Shown: positions 7,968 to 13,038 of the stretch, in pieces | Numbering within the stretch: the stretch's first letter is position 1 | How the letters are laid out: each line of letters starts with the position of its first letter | Assembly (NCBI GenBank): GCA_043754515.1 | Contig: JAYUUO010000109.1 | Coordinates: forward strand, 1-13,038 | Origin: Armatimonadota bacterium | GTDB taxonomy: Bacteria > Armatimonadota > Armatimonadia > Armatimonadales > Armatimonadaceae | Length of the DNA: 13,038 nucleotides | Reading direction: 5' to 3' | Position numbers and translations under genes: made by a program | Notes under the pieces: generated by a model | Database searches by the model: none | Seen by the model: the letters and a program-made list of their open reading frames with translations, nothing else | What the model was told of the DNA's origin: nothing

Positions 7968-8114
7968 ACGACTACGCATAGGGCCAGGAGGTAGCGACAA
8001 CGAGCGACCTGCCCCCACAACCACGTCACCCGCCTCAACTGTATGCGCACCGTGTACTCTCCCGGAAACGTCCGCACCCGCCCCGCCCCCACTCGAAAGC
8101 AAACTCCCCGAACG

Positions 8115-8123
8115 TGGTATCGT
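8115..8123 (+). promoter_or_regulatory. Extended -10 promoter of aroQ (TG-G-TATCGT)
   Basis: GTGGTATCGT ends 10 nt before ATG 8134, with no SD; nearly identical to GTGGTATCAT upstream of the peptidase. Confidence 0.5.
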
Positions 8124-8133
8124 GAAGCCCAAC

Positions 8134-8619
8134 ATGCCCGAGATAACGCCTCCCCCCCCCGCCCCTAACGCCGTTCGCGTCCTGATCCTGCACGGGCCGA
8201 ATCTGAACCTGCTCGGACTGCGCGAGCCGGGCGTGTACGGGACGCAAACTCTCGCCGACATTGACGCGCGGATACGCGAGTATGCGCCCACGGTCGGCGT
8301 GGCCATCGTGGACTGCCTCCAATCGAACCACGAAGGCGCGCTGATTGACGCCATCCACGCCGCTCGCGACACGGCGGACGCCATCGTGATAAACCCCGGC
8401 GCGTACACGCACTACTCCCACGCTATCGCGGACGCAATTCGCGCCGTCTCGGACCGCATAGTCACGGTCGAGGTGCATCTATCGAATGTCCACGCCCGCG
8501 AGGAGTTCCGCCGCGTTTCGGTAATCGCGCCCGCCGCGACCGGGCAGATAGCCGGATTCGGGGTGGCGTCCTACCTTCTCGGCGTGTCCGCCGCGTTCGC
8601 CATGGTGACCAAAAATTGA
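8134..8619 (+). CDS. aroQ: Type II 3-dehydroquinate dehydratase
   Basis: Signature motifs [52 protein letters not shown]. Confidence 0.97.
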   Translation: MPEITPPPPAPNAVRVLILHGPNLNLLGLREPGVYGTQTLADIDARIREYAPTVGVAIVDCLQSNHEGALIDAIHAARDTADAIVINPGAYTHYSHAIADAIRAVSDRIVTVEVHLSNVHAREEFRRVSVIAPAATGQIAGFGVASYLLGVSAAFAMVTKN

Positions 8620-8738
8620 GCCGTCCATTCGGGACATATAAATGCATAATCGCGTGATTTTTTCTCCAAAACCAGCGATTCGATTTCTGATCTAGTACAT
8701 TGAAATCCGGCTCGATCAGGATCCCCGGAGTAAAAGCG

Positions 8739-10136
8739 ATGCTCATTCAGTTCACCGTTAGCAACTATCTGTCTTTCGACGAAGAGACCACGCTCAGCAT
8801 GGTCGCGGACGCCAGCGATCAACAGCACCCAGATCACCTGTCGCGCAATGCGGGGAAGAAGACGGTGGTGCGCGGAGCCGTCATCTACGGCGCGAACGCG
8901 GCGGGAAAATCGAACCTCATCAAAGCGTTAGCATTCGCCCAAAACCGAGTGTTACGCGGCAGCCACGGTGATCAGGCGATTCCTGTGGTCCCATTCCGAT
9001 TGAATCCGGCGAACCGGGACCGTCCGAGCGGCTTCGAGTTCATTATCCACCACAAGGGAGTCGCTTACTCCTACGGATTTCGAGCCGACACTCACTGCAT
9101 CACAGAGGAATGGCTAACGGCGACGTCCGGCACCGCGCGCTCCCGAGAAGCCACGCTTTTCGAGCGCACGACAACCAGCGAAGGCAAAGTGGTCATCACT
9201 ATCGGGGCAAAGTTTTATGAGGGGGACAAGTCGAAGCAGTTTTTGGAATTTGTCGCCGAGGGTACGCGCAAGAATCAACTCTTCCTGACAGAAGCATTTG
9301 ATCGGAACGTCGGCGCGGCGCGGCCTGTGTTCGAGTGGTTCCGGGAGGTACTTCTCCTGATTCATGCCGAGCCCAAGCATAAGGATCTGAAAGTCAATAC
9401 TCTATTTAATGCAAAACTCACCTGTTTCGTCGGTGACTTCCTGCGTGAGGCGGGTACCGGCATTGATGAAATTCGAGCGATCATGTCGCCCGTGAACCTT
9501 GATGTGTTGTTTGCCGACATACAGGAAGAGGAACGGGAGCAACTAAGTCAGGCTATTGCCGAGCTGACTCCGAATAGGGTCAGCTGGTTCCCTGCACCGA
9601 ACGGAGAGCGATGGCTGTTGACACGAGACGAAGATGGCGAAGTTGTCCGCCTTCAGTTTCGCACCATCCATCGCTCCGATGACGGACAGGAAGTGGGGTT
9701 TCGTTTGGACGAGGAGTCCGATGGAACGCAACGGCTGATTCACCTGGTTCCGCTCCTGTTCGCGATGAATTATCATAATAAAGTGGTAATCGTGGATGAG
9801 CTAGACCGCCATCTGCACCCGCTCCTCTGCCGTCGCTTCGTTGAGGCGGCACTGCGGTGCTGTGGCGACGCAAGTGGTAGCCAGATTATCTTCACCACAC
9901 ACGACACGAATCTACTCGATCTAGAACTTCTGCGACGCGACGAGATATGGTTCGTAGAGAAGGAGAAACGCGGCGCGTCCCGGATATATTCGCTGCCGGA
10001 GTTTAAAACCCGCCCCGACCTGAAGATCAGCAAGGGCTACCTCAACGGGCGGTTCGGCGCGATCCCGTTCATCGGGGACATCTGTAAGTTGCGCTGGACG
10101 GAAGAAGGGTCTGAGTTTGCTCCGGCAACGGTTTAG
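8739..10136 (+). CDS. AAA_21 / ABC-type ATPase (RloA/AbiLi-like)
   Basis: MLIQFTVSNYLSF start, Walker A GANAAGKSN, signature-like ESDGTQRL, Walker B VVIVDELDRHLHP, H-loop QIIFTTHD, LRRDEIWFVEK and C-terminal YLNGRFGAIP. GGAG RBS at 8727-8730. Confidence 0.92.
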   Translation: MLIQFTVSNYLSFDEETTLSMVADASDQQHPDHLSRNAGKKTVVRGAVIYGANAAGKSNLIKALAFAQNRVLRGSHGDQAIPVVPFRLNPANRDRPSGFEFIIHHKGVAYSYGFRADTHCITEEWLTATSGTARSREATLFERTTTSEGKVVITIGAKFYEGDKSKQFLEFVAEGTRKNQLFLTEAFDRNVGAARPVFEWFREVLLLIHAEPKHKDLKVNTLFNAKLTCFVGDFLREAGTGIDEIRAIMSPVNLDVLFADIQEEEREQLSQAIAELTPNRVSWFPAPNGERWLLTRDEDGEVVRLQFRTIHRSDDGQEVGFRLDEESDGTQRLIHLVPLLFAMNYHNKVVIVDELDRHLHPLLCRRFVEAALRCCGDASGSQIIFTTHDTNLLDLELLRRDEIWFVEKEKRGASRIYSLPEFKTRPDLKISKGYLNGRFGAIPFIGDICKLRWTEEGSEFAPATV

Positions 10137-10145
10137 AGACACATC

Positions 10146-10764
10146 ATGCCGATCAAACGGACCAAATTGATCAACCGCGCTGTGAATGTCAGAGATGCGC
10201 GGCTATACGTGGTTGCCACCGAGGGCGAGAAGACCGAGGCGCAGTACCTGGAATTGTTCGGTAGCTCCCGCGTCCGTGTCGTGACACTGGCCACCGGGGG
10301 TGACGGACGTTCCGCACCGCGTCACGTTCTGGACCGTTTGAGCCTCTTTTAAAGAGTCGCATGATCTCAATGGCGATAACGAAATGTGGCTCATGATTGA
10401 CGTAGACAGCCAACGATCCTACACATTGATTGATGTGTGTCGAGATGCCCAGCAAATCAACGTTCACCTTGCCATCAGCAACCCGTGCTTTGAGTTCTGG
10501 CTCTGCCTGCATATCGCCGAGGCTTCGGACGTGGTAACCCACGCAACGAATTGCCACACGCTCGAGAAGCGGCTGAGGGAGTTGTTGGGTAGCTACAACA
10601 AAGCGCGCATCGAATCCGGTCGGTTCAGGCCACATATAGAACCCGCGATCCAGCGTGCCAGAGCATTTCACATCAACCTGGAGGAGCAATGGCCGTCGTC
10701 CTCGGGCACTCACGTCTACAAACTCGTGGAGCGATTGATACAGTCCGGCATTCGAGCCGGGTAA
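10146..10764 (+). pseudogene. rloB: RloB-family (TOPRIM-like, AbiLii-like) protein split by a +1 frameshift
   Basis: N-half VATEGEKTEAQYL ends at TTT-TAA (10347-10352). Removing one T gives ...LSLF-KESHDLNGDNEMWLMIDVD...AISNPCFEFWLCLH..., a 205-aa protein with the RloB motifs. Confidence 0.9.
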
Positions 10765-10829
10765 TTCCGGGGCGAGTTGTCGGTGTTGATAAACAAACCG
10801 CGCGTGCATACCGCGTTCGCGAGGGTCGG

Positions 10830-10838
10830 TGGTATCAT
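10830..10838 (+). promoter_or_regulatory. Extended -10 promoter (TG-G-TATCAT) of the peptidase gene
   Basis: TGGTATCAT followed by an AAGGA RBS (10858-62) and ATG 10869. Confidence 0.55.
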
Positions 10839-10868
10839 CCGCGTTAGATACCTTTCCAAGGAAAACCT

Positions 10869-12005
10869 ATGACCGACTTTACTTACCCCCACCGCATCGC
10901 CGCCCTACGCGCTCGTCTCGCCGAGAGCAAAGAGGGCGACCCCGCCGTCACCGCCCTGATCGTCTCGGACCTGGAGAACTGCCGCTACCTGAGCGGGTTC
11001 ACCGGGTCGAACGCGCTGGTGATCCTCTCCGGGGCGCAGGCGCTCTTCTTCACCGACGGGCGTTACGCGCTCCAGGTGGCGACCGAGGTACCCGGCTTCG
11101 AGCGGCTGATCATGCCGCAGGGCACCGATCTCGCCAAAGCCGCCGCCGAGGAGATCCGCAAGCAGGCTTTCCCCGACGCCGGTTTCGAGGAGGCACACCT
11201 GACCGTGAAAGCGTTTAACGCTCTGCGTACCGCACTGGACGGCGAGAGCGGCGACGGGAAGCATATCCGTCTCGTCGGCAAGAACGGCATGGTGGAGTGG
11301 GTACGCGCGATCAAGGACGCGGACGAAATCGCCCGCATCCGCCGCGCCGTCGCGCTTGCCGACCGCTGTTTCGACTACGTGCGCACTGCCGCGAAGCCGG
11401 GCCTGACCGAGATCGAACTCGCGTGGAAGATGGAGGTATTTATGCGCGAGAACGGGGCGCGGCACCTGGCCTTCGACAGCATCGTCGGCTCCGGCACTAA
11501 CTCGGCGTTGATCCACGGTCGCCCGTCGGACCGTGTGATCGGCTCGTCCGGCAAACCCGAGTTCCTGCTCCTCGACTTCGGCGCGGAAATGGACGGCTAC
11601 TGCTCCGACATCACGCGCACGCTGGTCATCGGCGGCGAGCCGACCGCGCGACACGTCGCGCTTTATGAGGCCGTGTTACGCGCACAACGGGCGGCGATCG
11701 CGGCGGTGCGTCCCGGTGCCATCGGAAAGGACGTCCACGCGGTCTCGGTCAAGTCGCTCGAAGCGGACGGCTTTGGCGCGTATTTCCCGCACGGCACGGG
11801 GCACCAGTTAGGGCGGGTGGTACACGACGGGCGCGCATTGGGCCTGATTGACGAGGTGGAACTGCGCCCCGGTATGGTGGTGACGGTGGAGCCGGGCGCG
11901 TATATAGAGGGCTTCGGCGGCGTGCGGATCGAGGACGTCGTGCTGGTGACCGAGGCGGGTAACGAGATCCTGACGCGGTCGCCGAAAGAGCTGATCGTTT
12001 GTTGA
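10869..12005 (+). CDS. Xaa-Pro peptidase, M24 family (PepQ/YqhT/aminopeptidase P-like)
   Basis: N-terminal creatinase-like domain (RYLSGFTGS, FFTDGRY); metal-ligand motifs DFGA..GYCSDITRT, HGTGH.LG..VH, TVEPG.Y..GFGGVRIED. Confidence 0.95.
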   Translation: MTDFTYPHRIAALRARLAESKEGDPAVTALIVSDLENCRYLSGFTGSNALVILSGAQALFFTDGRYALQVATEVPGFERLIMPQGTDLAKAAAEEIRKQAFPDAGFEEAHLTVKAFNALRTALDGESGDGKHIRLVGKNGMVEWVRAIKDADEIARIRRAVALADRCFDYVRTAAKPGLTEIELAWKMEVFMRENGARHLAFDSIVGSGTNSALIHGRPSDRVIGSSGKPEFLLLDFGAEMDGYCSDITRTLVIGGEPTARHVALYEAVLRAQRAAIAAVRPGAIGKDVHAVSVKSLEADGFGAYFPHGTGHQLGRVVHDGRALGLIDEVELRPGMVVTVEPGAYIEGFGGVRIEDVVLVTEAGNEILTRSPKELIVC

Positions 12006-12577
12006 ATGCATCCAGTGTAGGCATGCCTTGAAGAGGAGTACTATTTTAAAAGTCGTAATCCTCCCGTCGAACAGGGCGAGCGCATCTAAATTGTTGTCCG
12101 CCAACGTTTGATCGGTCATGCGGGTAAATCCGCGACCTTCACGAACGAATCCCATGAACCCGATATTTCTCGTAGGTCTCGGAAGATGGCCCGGAAGACG
12201 ACGCGTTGTCCTTGGAACGTCACCGTCGCGTGGAGGACGGTGAATGCAGGCGGACCGCGCGGGCAATGGCCGACGCGTTCGGGATGCCGGGTGTTGCGGA
12301 GGAACTGCTACGTGTTCTGGGCGCGAGCGTGGACGAGTATTGGGATTCGATATCCTCCTCGCCACGAATCACGGCGTTGCGAATGGTGCTCCGGGTGCTG
12401 GGCATACCCGAGTTGTACTAGGACATCTCGCCGGGCGAAATACACGACGCTAGGTGGGCGTGTTTACCGCTGAGCGAGGGCGACGTAACCGACTTCGTCC
12501 GATTCTACCCCGGAGAATCTGCCCCCGATGATTTGGAACTTCCCGACCCATTCAATCGAGAGGTTGGATGGTTGTGA
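12006..12577 (+). pseudogene. Decayed hypothetical gene relic
   Basis: The frame of ORF 12206..12421 stays protein-like through TAG 12173-75 upstream and TAG 12419-21 downstream, up to TGA 12575-77. A probable 1-nt frameshift near 12163 joins it to a stop-interrupted upstream frame. The 5' limit is uncertain. Confidence 0.4.
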
Positions 12578-12615
12578 TCGGTCTCCTGCGGTAAGGTTAC
12601 CCGCGCCCTACCCCG

Positions 12616-13038
12616 TCACAGCCCGACTTTCCAAAGCATCCCCACCACCGCCGCGCCGACGATGATGGCGAACACCGGCACGCGCCGCGACGTCCCGAGT
12701 GCCGCCGCGACCAGCGCGATCACCACGGCGCGGGTGTTGATGCCGACGCCACGTAACACCGTCCATAGCACGACCACGAACACGCCAACCACAGCGAGCG
12801 ACAGCCCGCGCACGAAACCCTCCACCGCCGGATGACCGCGCACGCGCCGGTACGCGCGTTCGACGAGCAGCACTAACAGCGGCGGCAGAATGATCGCGAC
12901 CGTGGTAATCGCCGCGCCGCGTATCCCGTCCACCAGGTAGCCGAACGCGACCACCCACAGCCCCGCCGGACCGGGCGAGACCTGACCGACCGCGATACTC
13001 TCGGCGAACTGCGTGTCGGTCGCGTGCCCCGTCGGCAC
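12616..13038 (-). CDS. chrA: Chromate transporter (CHR family), 5'-partial
   Basis: QFAESIAVGQVSPGP..., GY...GIRGA, ILPP, VEGFVRGL match CHR domain motifs; ORF runs off the window edge. Confidence 0.9.
   Translation of the reverse strand: MPTGHATDTQFAESIAVGQVSPGPAGLWVVAFGYLVDGIRGAAITTVAIILPPLLVLLVERAYRRVRGHPAVEGFVRGLSLAVVGVFVVVLWTVLRGVGINTRAVVIALVAAALGTSRRVPVFAIIVGAAVVGMLWKVGL

Noticed and set aside
8610..10800. Target-site duplication or att sites around the ATPase-RloB cassette
   Set aside because: Only 6-nt words (GAGCCG, CATTCG) are shared between the ends, in different order; no convincing direct repeat or recombinase.
37..11654. Long antisense or alternate-frame ORFs (e.g. 37..564, 1423..2085, 2225..2914, 7734..8408, 10189..10809, 10905..11654)
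   Set aside because: Shadow ORFs of recognisable genes, expected in GC-rich DNA; no family motifs.
12103..12114. 12-nt match (AACGTTTGATCG) to the reverse complement of 2908-2919
   Set aside because: A single 12-mer match in 13 kb is compatible with chance, and the second palindrome arm is absent.
1123..12421. Genome-wide TAG reassignment, suggested by in-frame TAGs at 3509, 12173 and 12419
   Set aside because: TAG ends the TIGR01777 gene and the ATPase at family-typical C-termini, and no intact conserved gene contains an internal TAG.

Overview
GC-rich bacterial chromosomal window. From left to right: (1) the 3' part of an Rhs/YD-repeat gene that stops before any Rhs core or toxin tip; (2) a minus-strand block with a GT-C-like polytopic membrane protein, two tandem YcxB-like paralogues (the upstream one split by an in-frame TAG) and a TIGR01777 epimerase-like oxidoreductase; (3) a structured divergent intergenic region; (4) a plus-strand run with a small membrane protein, a Gfo/Idh/MocA oxidoreductase, a secreted protein and aroQ; (5) a more AT-rich two-gene AAA_21 ATPase + RloB cassette (AbiL/RloAB-type defence module) wedged between aroQ and an Xaa-Pro peptidase, with rloB split by a +1 frameshift at CTC-TTT-TAA-A; (6) a decayed ORF relic and the 3' part of a chromate transporter. 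Several genes have an extended -10 element only 5-10 nt before the start codon, suggesting leaderless mRNAs. All family assignments come from motif recognition by eye, not from database searches.
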